From Verrucomicrobiia bacterium (GTDB lineage Bacteria; Verrucomicrobiota; Verrucomicrobiia; Limisphaerales; UBA11358), in contig JASHPN010000234.1 in assembly GCA_030038175.1 (NCBI GenBank), positions 5,168-69,167 of the forward strand: a stretch of 64,000 nt of DNA. Direction: 5' to 3'. A program made the position numbers and the translations under genes. Below the pieces are notes generated by a model. The model ran no database searches and was not told the origin of the DNA. It was given only the letters and a program-made list of their open reading frames with translations. Position 1 is the first letter of the stretch, and each line of letters starts with the position of its first letter. Shown piece by piece: positions 8,115 through 17,060 of the stretch.

Positions 8115-9320
8115 TCACCGGGTAAAAAGCGTTAAATCAATGCCCCTGGCCATTGCCCGATAACCGGCCGGATTTAAATGCAAATGGTCCCCCGAATCAT
8201 AAGACAAATATAGATTTGTTTTCGCCGCGGGATCACGCGCGATGGCGTCAAAATCAATCAGCGCGTCATACACATTGTTCGTTCGGAACCAGGCATTGAC
8301 TGTTTCGCGCGCGAATTCATGGGAAGCCGTGTAGTACCGGTTGCCGCCAAAGGGCGTGATGGTGGCGCCATAGACGAGCAGGTTTCGCGCGTGTGCTTCG
8401 CGGGCAAATTGCGTGTACGCCGCTATCAGATGCGGCGCGATCGTCCCGGTGAAATCGCCGCCAATGTCGTTAACGCCTTCAAAAACAATCACCCAGCGCA
8501 CGCCGCTTTGTTTCAGAACGTCCCGGTCAAACCGCCTTGTTGCCGCCGGGCCCAGCCCGCCGAAAATTCCATTTCCACCGATCCCCATATTGACCACGGC
8601 GACGTCCGCCGTGGGCGGGTTGGCATGGAGGAGTTGCGCCAATTCGTCCGGCCAGCGGTCGTTGCCATCCGTCGTCGAGCCGCGTCCGTCGGTTATGGAA
8701 TCGCCCAACGTGACCAATGCCTTGCTCTCAACGCCAGCCCAAACGTCAACGCCGTTGATGATATACCAATGGGCGACCTTGCTCGCCGCCGGCATACTCG
8801 CCGCGCTGACAACGTTGCCGGATTGGATGAAAGAAGTGGCGCGCGACCCGGGATGGCCGTTGATCGTCGTGGCCGACATGTTCCCAAAATAGATGCTGAC
8901 CGCAAGATTCGCCAATGCCGGCAAATGGAAATCCAACGGGTCGGAAAATACCGCTTCACCGTGCGGGATAGTCGCTGACGGTGCGCCCTGAAAAGTCAGG
9001 GCACGGTCCGTAGCCGCATTGATGTCGCCGGCGGCGCTTCCCGCGCCGGAGGCCAGCGCCACATGTGCGGAAAGAATCGCGACATTGTCTGTTCCGCAGG
9101 CGTTGGATAATCGCACGCGCAAACGATCTCCCCCGAGGGAGACGTGGATGAATTGCCGGAGCGTGCTGTTGGCGAGCGGCACGGGCGGCAAATTAGCCGG
9201 CTCCGTCAACTGCGGGGCGCAACCCCAGACAGTTACCCAGTGACGCGGTCCGGCAACCACATTCGTTGGCGCGCACCAAAGCGCCAGGGTAAATTGACAA
9301 ACGACGACGCCCCGAAACAT
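8115..9320 (-). CDS. SGNH/GDSL hydrolase, probable carbohydrate (acetylxylan) esterase
   Basis: All SGNH blocks are present: LGDSITDG, NMGIGGNGI, FEGVNDIG, GDHLHLNPAGY. There is an N-terminal beta-sandwich region and a signal peptide. The start is either ATG 9320 or the TTG at 9353. The substrate assignment rests on the xylan-locus context only. Confidence 0.85.
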   Translation of the reverse strand: MFRGVVVCQFTLALWCAPTNVVAGPRHWVTVWGCAPQLTEPANLPPVPLANSTLRQFIHVSLGGDRLRVRLSNACGTDNVAILSAHVALASGAGSAAGDINAATDRALTFQGAPSATIPHGEAVFSDPLDFHLPALANLAVSIYFGNMSATTINGHPGSRATSFIQSGNVVSAASMPAASKVAHWYIINGVDVWAGVESKALVTLGDSITDGRGSTTDGNDRWPDELAQLLHANPPTADVAVVNMGIGGNGIFGGLGPAATRRFDRDVLKQSGVRWVIVFEGVNDIGGDFTGTIAPHLIAAYTQFAREAHARNLLVYGATITPFGGNRYYTASHEFARETVNAWFRTNNVYDALIDFDAIARDPAAKTNLYLSYDSGDHLHLNPAGYRAMARGIDLTLFTR

Positions 9321-9449
9321 GGCAAGTACAGCCTTTATAGTGATGTCTTTCAATCGCGTCCTCCGTGGCAGTGGGTCTGAGTCCGTCTTAATCCATACTT
9401 ATTCAATGGCCGGCCCGGCAGACGAAAGGACAATAGGAGGAATCCGGCC

Positions 9450-10295
9450 TTACTGCATATAATTTTTCGAGGATAGGCTCTTCAAATCCCCGGCGGAAAT
9501 ATCGGGATAAAAATCCTCGGTGTCCTGGCTCCAAAACCAGAGGCGCGGGGTGCCGTTATTGCCTGTATATTCATGAAAACAATACATCGGGGCGAACTTG
9601 TAACTGCGCCAGGCCACCGACGAATCTATAAACACTTCATTTCCGCCCTCCGGAATAAATCCGCTGGCCCGGTGCGGCGGAAGGTCATACCAATAGGTTT
9701 GTCCGCCGCTGGTCTGAACCGTCAGATGTCCCCAGGCCGTGCCATCCTGCACATTTTCGTCCGCCGCCAATACCCAATAAGAATGGGATATGGTGACCTT
9801 GACCGGGCTGCGTGCCGTGCGAGAACCGACCGGCGTGTTCCAATTAGTCATCCCGCCCATGTATTCGTATCCCACAACCCATTGCGCCACGTTAGCGCCA
9901 TTCGCCGGTGTAAAATTTGGCAAATTGCCCAAAGCGTCAATTTCGTCCGGACAAACCCAGATTGATGGAACTCCATTGGTGGCCAACACGAGGCCGATGT
10001 CGCTCAAGCTGCCGGCGCCTGTCACATCGAAGGCATTGGGGACCTCGACGCCGCCGTCATTTTTTAAAACCGGCACGTAGTCATTATTGTCGCCTGCGTA
10101 AACGAGCGCGCCCGTGCCGATTTGTTTCAGATTGGAGATGCAATAACCCCGCCTTGCCCGCTCGCGCGCCTTGTTTAAAACCGGCAACAACATTGCCGCC
10201 AGGATGGCAATGATAGCAATAACGATTAACAACTCGATCAGCGTGAAGCCCCTTTCGGGTCGGGAAGTTCGTATGCGCCGGTCCCAAAATTTCAT
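9450..10295 (-). CDS. Prepilin-type N-terminal cleavage/methylation domain protein (DUF1559 / H-X9-DG-like pseudopilin)
   Basis: From ATG 10295 the protein begins [60 protein letters not shown], a classic class III signal/pilin N-terminus. The C-terminal region [22 protein letters not shown] resembles the H-X9-DG motif. Confidence 0.85.
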   Translation of the reverse strand: MKFWDRRIRTSRPERGFTLIELLIVIAIIAILAAMLLPVLNKARERARRGYCISNLKQIGTGALVYAGDNNDYVPVLKNDGGVEVPNAFDVTGAGSLSDIGLVLATNGVPSIWVCPDEIDALGNLPNFTPANGANVAQWVVGYEYMGGMTNWNTPVGSRTARSPVKVTISHSYWVLAADENVQDGTAWGHLTVQTSGGQTYWYDLPPHRASGFIPEGGNEVFIDSSVAWRSYKFAPMYCFHEYTGNNGTPRLWFWSQDTEDFYPDISAGDLKSLSSKNYMQ

Positions 10296-10334
10296 TTTAT
10301 AATGCACGCTTTTCGTATGGCAATTATGGTCACT

Positions 10335-13300
10335 TTACGGATTGTTGCTCAGGATATAGAACAATTGTTTCGCGTTCGCATTGACCACGTTGGTTTCAGT
10401 CAAGGTAAAGCCATTCAACGCACCGCTCGCGCTCATGACATTGGTGGCCACCGGGACCCATTGGCTCAGCGGCAAGGTCACATTCGTGCTTTCCAACAGA
10501 TAGTATGTGCCGCCGTTGACGCCATTTGTGCCGTTGAGCACCGCATTTGCGCCGGCCAGGCTGATGCTGGTAATTTTCGGCGGAATTGTGGGTACGATAA
10601 CGGTTGCTATGACAGTAGCGACACCGTTGGTTGGGTTGAATGACCAGGCCAATCCCGATCCGGGTGAGCCGCTGATTCCAGCAAAATTGCCTGTAAAGTG
10701 CGCGTTGTTGAATAGTTTGAAGGAAGCGCCGTTGGTCAGCGGCGTAACTCCGTCGTTGGTCAATTGCAGGGTGCCGCCATAATTGTTCGTGCCGGCGACC
10801 TGGATGAGGTCGTTGGTAATTCCGCTGTCAAGGTCAACGTCCATGTCCACGCTGCTGCCGGCCGACAACGTCAGGTTGTTGCTGAACGTCATATATTGAA
10901 TGTTTGTCGGGCCGCCCGGCATGACAGCCGCGCCGGCGCTGGCAACCACATTTCCCTTCACGTACGAACCATTATCACCCCGCAGTGTCTGTCCGCCGGG
11001 AAGCGTAAGGGTTCCGTCCACACGTTGACTTGCGTCCAATGCGCCCGGATAGGCCTGACCGGCGGCGATGCCTTGCAGCCAGATGCCGGATGAATTATTA
11101 ATGGATCCGTTGCCGAGCAGAGTTAAGACGGAGCCATTATTGGTGCCGCTTGCCGTATTGCAGTCGGCGACAATCGTGCTGCCACTGTAGGTATTGGCGG
11201 CGGCCAGGGTGGCCAGGCTTTGGAACTGGAGGGTTAGGCCGCCTGCGCCGCTGATGACGTTATTGAAGATCATGCCGTCATAGAAGTTGGCGTTCAGGTT
11301 AACATTGCCACTTACCAGAGTGACCGGGCTGTTAAAGACGTTATTGACGACGTTATAGCCGTATATCGTCGCGTTATTGCTGCAAATCAGCGGGCGGACG
11401 CAATTCGCGTTAGTGGTGCCCCAGGCAAATCCGGCGCCATTGGCGACATAAATCGGCTTGCTCGGGTCTCCGAAGCCCAGCGTTGAAGATGATTCGTAAC
11501 TGACGATGCCCTGGAGGATGTTGATCGGGCCGAAGTTGGTGGAGACAGTAGCGACGTAACGGACGCGGAATTGATCCGGACCGACTTTCGTCAGCGTGTA
11601 GTTGCCGCTCTGCGAACTCATTTGCGGACTGACGCCGTGGCGAATGTTGATGTCGCCTGTGCCTCCGACGGTTGCATTGCCGACCAATGTCACGTAGCCC
11701 GGATCGGCATTGTCATTGTTATTGGTGTTGTTGTTGACCAGGGCGCCATTGCCGCCGGCGCCTGATCCGCTGATATAAACATTGTAACCGTCCGGACTGA
11801 ATGACTGGTAATTGGGCACCTGGATCGCGTTTATGTCCAACGTGCCGCCGTTGGCGACCGTCACGTTACCGAGGTTATTGTTCAACGCGCCGCCGCCGTA
11901 GGGATAGACGTAGTTTGTATCCGCCAGCATCAATGTGCCGGCATTAATAAAGGTGCCACCGGTGAAGTTGTTGTTGGTGCAGGCCACGGTCAATGTCCCG
12001 GGACCATTCTTAATCAAGGCGGCGCCTCCATTGATGCTGCCCACCCCGTTATTGATGAATATATAGTTGTTCGTGGCATTGACGGTCACACCCGCGGGTT
12101 GGACGACTTGTGCAACATTGACCAAAAAGTCCGAAGCGGTATCGCTGAATATCACCGTTTGGCCATCCTGATAGTAAGTGGCTCCCGGGATTGTTGGGTC
12201 GTACCAGTTTTGTGTTCCGGTATCCCAGTTGGATGAAACGGCCCCCGTCCAAACAATTCCGGTTGTGGTGACGACCAGGTCAATGCTGTGGTTCGCCGCG
12301 TCGTTTACCAGGCTGGCGGTCACGCCCGCAGGCGGAGTCGCCAGGGTAAGCCCGGCAAAGCCCGCGCCTCCAATGCTTCCACTATATTGAATTAACGGAA
12401 ATTGGCCCACCGAATAACCCGCAACTGGCGGAATAATGTAGCTTGGACTGCTAACCACCGTGAAATTAGTAATGTAAACCACGGGGTTGGTCGGCATACT
12501 GGTCAATCGGGTAAAGCTTAAATTGCCCGGGCCGAGATTTTGGCTGTCTAAAACCAGAGTGCCGATGGGCATCGTCGGATTCCCGGGAGCGACCGCCACG
12601 TCCAGCGTGGCGTAATCAACGACGTCATACGAGCCTCCGCTCTGGTTGGCCGTGGAAATGAGCAGTTGAACCAGGTTGGTCGCCATGGTAAAGCCGCTAT
12701 AGGAATTGTTGCCGTTGAATATCACCTGGTTGCCGCCCTGGTAACCATTGGCCAGATAAACGGACGTGCCGCCCACCACCGTAACGCCGTTCGTGCCGGA
12801 CATATTTCCGTTCATCGTGATTTTGCCATAGGTGTCCAGATTATTATTGTACTGATTGGCGGCGACGAACGCCACGTTAGAGAAGTTGATCGGACCGTTA
12901 AGCGTAACGGGGCCATTGTAAATGTCAGACGGAGGATGATCATAAGGTGTGCGGCGATTCAAAATCCACCCGCCATTCACCGGATCGCTTACGATGATCG
13001 GATTGTAGAAGGTCAGGCCGGCATATTGGGTCGCCGGATTCCACGTGTCAATCGTTCCGCCGTTGGTCAGAGTAATCGGTGTGGCAAGCCCCACGGCGCT
13101 CGCGTTGTCCCAGAACAGCACCCCGCCGCCGGCTATGATAAAGTTGCCCAGCGGGCTTACCGAATTTGTTCTCAAGTAGAGATAGTTCAACGTGGAGCTG
13201 CCGCCAATTTTTGTCAACGTGTAGCCGTTTCCGACGATACCCAGTCCGGTGAGGCCGATCTGCCAGTTATCGGACGCGCTGACGGTGGAATTCCCAGTCA

Positions 13301-15323
13301 GGGTCAGTGTCGCAATGCCGACATCGCCGCCGCCGGTGGTCAACCCGCCGGTCGTATTATCAATCGCCCCCTGGGTCGCGCTGGGCCCATTGCCGTTAAC
13401 CTGGATGGCATTGGTATAGACGGAATCGAGGGCCAGGCCGTTGATGTTGAAAACGCCGGCGCCTGAAACAGAAGCCAAAGGCGTCGCGCCCGAAGGAAAA
13501 CCCAATGCCTGGGCCACACCCGGCAAGTACGTGCCATTGGTAACGATGGTTCCTCCCGTGTAAGTGTTCGTCACGGAAACAGTGACGGTTCCCGGTCCGC
13601 CTATAGTCATACTGGTCGAACCGGCGATGTCCCCTGCGCCCGTAAGGGTGGTCAATGTATAGTTGCTGCTGGAATTGAAATACACACCGCCAGGATTGAC
13701 GACAACATCCAGGGTAGGTTGATTGGAACCGCCCAGGTCGGTAAAGTTCACTATGTCGCCATCATAATAAACATCCGCATTGGCGCCGTTCAGCCAATTT
13801 GAGGTGGTATCAATATTCCAGACGTTGTTGGTCCCACTCACAGTGTCTCCCTGCCAAACGAGATTCGCCGCTGAACCGTTGGTGGATACCGTCAGCAAAA
13901 CACGGTTTCCAATGTTGTCATAAGAGATGACATAGCTCTTAGACCGGGTGGAAAGAGCCGCAACCTTAAAATTAGCCGCGGACCCTCCCAACGTGCCCCC
14001 GACCGTTATCAAAGGATAGGTGCCCACCGCCGGGATACTGCCGAGTTGGATGGTAGTCACGCCACTGGCGGAAAAATTGCCGCCGACGGCAATTACCGAA
14101 TTAGTCGCCGCAAAATAAAATTTATTCGTCGTACCATTGCTCAGGGTTACGTTGCCACTAATCGTCAATGTTCCCGCCGTCCCGTTCCCCGGGGCGACTG
14201 TGCCGCCGGCGCCGGCTGTGACCGATCCGATCACGATGCCGTTTCCGGTGAGAGTCTCGCCGCTGACCATGGACAATCCCGCGGCTGAAACATCAAGCGT
14301 CGCCCCGCTTTGGACCGAGATGGTATTCGCGGCGGAAAGAGAACCGCTGTTGCCCACGATGAAATCGCCGGCGTTTACTGCTAAAGTTCCGGTGAAACTC
14401 GCCGCGGATCCCGTGAACAGGACCGTTCCCAGGTTGGTCAATTGCAGCGTGCCCGAACCGGCCAGCGGCTCTTCATTGGTGAGGGTCGATCCCGAGGGGA
14501 TGCTGAACCATCCGCCGGCCGGGCCAATGGTGACGCCGGCATTGGCATGATCCAGGGCGAAACCGGCCTGAGGCGCGAAGGTGCCGCCATTCAAATACAA
14601 TTGCGCGGCGTTGAAGGCGGCCGGGTTGCCGCCCATGGCGGCTTCATTGGTGACGATGATCGTTCCACTATAGGCTGAACTGCTTATGCTGGTTATGGCG
14701 ACCAGCGGTCCCGTGAAATTGATATTGTTACCGCTATAGATCACAAAGCATTCATTGGTGATGGAGCCCGTGCCGCTCAGAGTGGAAGCGATACCGATAT
14801 AACGAGGAGCTGTATTGATATCACTCAAATTGATATCCCCTAGAACATTCATGTTCCCCGCGATCGAACAAATTTGGCCAATGCCCTGGTTGTTCCCATT
14901 CCCAATGCCGCTGCCGGCCAGCATAGTCAGATTTGTGATGGTAATGGTGGCTCCGCCAGTGTCCTTGCATACGACGCTCACGTTGGGGAACTGGGCGGCA
15001 GCCGCGTTGGAACAGGTCAGGGAGGCGCCCAGAAAAATATGATTGTTCCCATCGGTAGGCGTTCGCAACGAAAAACCCAGGGTGAAGTTCGTGGTATTGG
15101 GGCCGGGCGCCTCGTTCGGACTCCAATTTTGCGCGTTAAGGAAAGAATCTTGTCCGGAGGTATCAGACGCCGTCAAAACACAATAGTCAGCTCTGGAATT
15201 CGACGTAACCGCCAGGAGCCCGAAACAGACAGCCAGCGCCGGAACCAGTCGTCCGCATTGATTCGCATGGGCAGAGCGATATGTCTTGGCAGATAGATCT
15301 TTGTGACAGGTTTCTGATTTCAT
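10335..15323 (-). CDS. Giant (1662 aa) secreted autotransporter-associated beta-strand-repeat (beta-helix) protein
   Basis: ATG 15323 with a signal peptide ending ...ALAVCFGLLAVTSNSRA. Long Gly/Asn/Thr-rich beta-helix arrays carry repeated motifs such as GPGTLTVACTNNNFTGGTFINAGTL and GAGGLTLQ. The C-terminal ~80-aa domain ends KQLFYILSNNP. Confidence 0.85.
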   Translation of the reverse strand: MKSETCHKDLSAKTYRSAHANQCGRLVPALAVCFGLLAVTSNSRADYCVLTASDTSGQDSFLNAQNWSPNEAPGPNTTNFTLGFSLRTPTDGNNHIFLGASLTCSNAAAAQFPNVSVVCKDTGGATITITNLTMLAGSGIGNGNNQGIGQICSIAGNMNVLGDINLSDINTAPRYIGIASTLSGTGSITNECFVIYSGNNINFTGPLVAITSISSSAYSGTIIVTNEAAMGGNPAAFNAAQLYLNGGTFAPQAGFALDHANAGVTIGPAGGWFSIPSGSTLTNEEPLAGSGTLQLTNLGTVLFTGSAASFTGTLAVNAGDFIVGNSGSLSAANTISVQSGATLDVSAAGLSMVSGETLTGNGIVIGSVTAGAGGTVAPGNGTAGTLTISGNVTLSNGTTNKFYFAATNSVIAVGGNFSASGVTTIQLGSIPAVGTYPLITVGGTLGGSAANFKVAALSTRSKSYVISYDNIGNRVLLTVSTNGSAANLVWQGDTVSGTNNVWNIDTTSNWLNGANADVYYDGDIVNFTDLGGSNQPTLDVVVNPGGVYFNSSSNYTLTTLTGAGDIAGSTSMTIGGPGTVTVSVTNTYTGGTIVTNGTYLPGVAQALGFPSGATPLASVSGAGVFNINGLALDSVYTNAIQVNGNGPSATQGAIDNTTGGLTTGGGDVGIATLTLTGNSTVSASDNWQIGLTGLGIVGNGYTLTKIGGSSTLNYLYLRTNSVSPLGNFIIAGGGVLFWDNASAVGLATPITLTNGGTIDTWNPATQYAGLTFYNPIIVSDPVNGGWILNRRTPYDHPPSDIYNGPVTLNGPINFSNVAFVAANQYNNNLDTYGKITMNGNMSGTNGVTVVGGTSVYLANGYQGGNQVIFNGNNSYSGFTMATNLVQLLISTANQSGGSYDVVDYATLDVAVAPGNPTMPIGTLVLDSQNLGPGNLSFTRLTSMPTNPVVYITNFTVVSSPSYIIPPVAGYSVGQFPLIQYSGSIGGAGFAGLTLATPPAGVTASLVNDAANHSIDLVVTTTGIVWTGAVSSNWDTGTQNWYDPTIPGATYYQDGQTVIFSDTASDFLVNVAQVVQPAGVTVNATNNYIFINNGVGSINGGAALIKNGPGTLTVACTNNNFTGGTFINAGTLMLADTNYVYPYGGGALNNNLGNVTVANGGTLDINAIQVPNYQSFSPDGYNVYISGSGAGGNGALVNNNTNNNDNADPGYVTLVGNATVGGTGDINIRHGVSPQMSSQSGNYTLTKVGPDQFRVRYVATVSTNFGPINILQGIVSYESSSTLGFGDPSKPIYVANGAGFAWGTTNANCVRPLICSNNATIYGYNVVNNVFNSPVTLVSGNVNLNANFYDGMIFNNVISGAGGLTLQFQSLATLAAANTYSGSTIVADCNTASGTNNGSVLTLLGNGSINNSSGIWLQGIAAGQAYPGALDASQRVDGTLTLPGGQTLRGDNGSYVKGNVVASAGAAVMPGGPTNIQYMTFSNNLTLSAGSSVDMDVDLDSGITNDLIQVAGTNNYGGTLQLTNDGVTPLTNGASFKLFNNAHFTGNFAGISGSPGSGLAWSFNPTNGVATVIATVIVPTIPPKITSISLAGANAVLNGTNGVNGGTYYLLESTNVTLPLSQWVPVATNVMSASGALNGFTLTETNVVNANAKQLFYILSNNP

Positions 15324-15508
15324 AGGTTGGAATTTTCGGTTGTTCTATTCTCTGGTCTTTCCTGCAATGGCGGCAGGGCAGCCCGCCTTGAAACGGCCGG
15401 CTGTGACAATGGCTGACAAAAACCCTATTCCCCGCGGGCCACGGGGTTTTGACTCGACGTTTCGCTGGGACATTGCCCATACCATGTCAAAATCCCGGAA
15501 GTTCTTCC

Positions 15509-15526
15509 ATCCGACAAATGTCGTAT
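15509..15526. promoter_or_regulatory. Candidate operator, site 2 (ATCCGACAAATGTCGTAT, 17/18 match)
   Basis: Lies in the 396-bp divergent intergenic region between the giant beta-helix gene (start 15323, minus) and the GH8 gene (start 15720, plus). Confidence 0.5.
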
Positions 15527-15559
15527 ATTGATAGCAGGAACATGGTAGAGACGAAGATT

Positions 15560-15577
15560 ATACGATAAATGTCGTAT
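15560..15577. promoter_or_regulatory. Candidate operator, site 3 (ATACGATAAATGTCGTAT, 17/18 match)
   Basis: Same divergent region, 51 bp centre-to-centre from site 2. Confidence 0.5.
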
Positions 15578-15719
15578 TGTTCGAGACCGAGGGGTAACTA
15601 AACTGTTTAAAATTTCGTAAATGTTGGAGCCTCAAAACTGGTTAACACCGTTGAAACATGCCGTCTCAAAGTAAACTTAGCCGCCACGAGCTCCCGATGT
15701 TTCTGAATTTGATGGAAAA

Positions 15720-17057
15720 ATGCATTCCTTCCTCAACCTCGCTAAGCCCAAAATGAATCACCATCGCCACGCGCCAAAGGGAAAAGGCCTTCTTTCCTGC
15801 CTGGTGATTCCATTGCTTGGCTTCGCGATTGCCGGCGGCGCGCAGACTCCCGGCGGCGCGGTCGTCACCGGAAACTATCGGGACCTGTTTGCCGAAGTGG
15901 GCCACGCGCCGCCCGAGATCAAGCAGAAAATAGACTCCGCCTTTGAGCAATTATTCCATGGCGACGCGGCGAGCCAGGCCGTTTATTTTCCCGCCGGCGC
16001 CAATGCCAACGGCCCGCTCGCCTACATCTTTGACGTGGCCAGCCACGACGTGCGTTCCGAAGGCGTGTCCTACGGCATGATGATTGCCGTCCAATTGGAC
16101 CGGAAGGCGGAATTTGACGCTTTGTGGAATTGGGCGAACGCCTACATGTATCACGGCGCGACAAATCATCCGGCGTTTGGCTATTTTTCCTGGTCGGTCC
16201 AAACCAATGGCGAGCCCAATGACGAAATGCCGGCGCCTGACGGCGAGGAATATTTCGTCACGTCGCTATTCTTCGCGTCCGGCCGCTGGGGTGATGGCAA
16301 CGGCATTTACAATTACCAGGCGGAAGCGGAGCGCCTGCTCTCCAACCTGAAGCATCGCAGGCAAATCACCGGAAAAACGGTTCGCGGAACGAGAACCGCC
16401 GTGGCGCTGTTTGACGCGGACCAAAAAATGGTTCGTTTCACGGCCGACGTTGAGAACGACAACTATACGGACCCATCTTATCAACTGCCCGCGTTTTATG
16501 AATTGTGGTCGCAGTGGGGACCCGCGCCGGACCGTGCGTTCTGGCACGATGCCGCGCTCGCCAGCCGTAATTTCTTCCAGCGCGCAACGTATCCGGCCAC
16601 CGGGTTGGCGCCGGACTACGCGAATTTCGACGGCCAGCCGCGGGCGTCACCGCAGCACCCCGGCTCGGCGGATTTCCGCTTCGACGCCTGGCGCGTAGCC
16701 ATGAATTGGTCGGTGGACTGGTCGTGGTGGCAGGCGGACACGCGCGAACAGGAGTTGAGCGATACGTTGCTGGCGTTTTTCGACCGGAATTTTCCACAGT
16801 ATGGGAATCAATTCACGCTGGATGGCTGGCGTCTTTCCCGTGATCATTCGCCGGGACTGATTGCGATGAATTCCGTGGCCGCCCTCGCTGCCACGCGGCC
16901 AAATGCCAATAAATATGTTGAGGAACTTTGGAAGACTCCGGTACCTTCCGGAAAATACCGCTACTACGACGGTCTTTTGTACATGATGGGACTTTTACAT
17001 TGCGGAGGCGAGTTTCGCGTCTGGCCGCCTCATCCACGGGTGGCGGCGCAGCCGTAA
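15720..17057 (+). CDS. Glycoside hydrolase family 8 (reducing-end xylose-releasing exo-oligoxylanase-like)
   Basis: GH8-type motif VRSEGVSYGMMIAVQLDRKAEFDALWNWA in an (alpha/alpha)6-type sequence. The signal peptide is best from the second ATG at 15753 (MNHHRHAPKGKGLLSCLVIPLLGFAIAGGAQT). Confidence 0.8.
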   Translation: MHSFLNLAKPKMNHHRHAPKGKGLLSCLVIPLLGFAIAGGAQTPGGAVVTGNYRDLFAEVGHAPPEIKQKIDSAFEQLFHGDAASQAVYFPAGANANGPLAYIFDVASHDVRSEGVSYGMMIAVQLDRKAEFDALWNWANAYMYHGATNHPAFGYFSWSVQTNGEPNDEMPAPDGEEYFVTSLFFASGRWGDGNGIYNYQAEAERLLSNLKHRRQITGKTVRGTRTAVALFDADQKMVRFTADVENDNYTDPSYQLPAFYELWSQWGPAPDRAFWHDAALASRNFFQRATYPATGLAPDYANFDGQPRASPQHPGSADFRFDAWRVAMNWSVDWSWWQADTREQELSDTLLAFFDRNFPQYGNQFTLDGWRLSRDHSPGLIAMNSVAALAATRPNANKYVEELWKTPVPSGKYRYYDGLLYMMGLLHCGGEFRVWPPHPRVAAQP

Positions 17058-17060
17058 TTT

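Noticed and set aside
12666-13466. 266-aa plus-strand ORF inside the giant beta-helix gene (and similar ones at 14137..14550 and 2638..3213)
   Set aside because: These are antisense shadows of a high-GC repetitive gene. The products are Arg/Ala/Gly-rich low-complexity with no start context or motifs.
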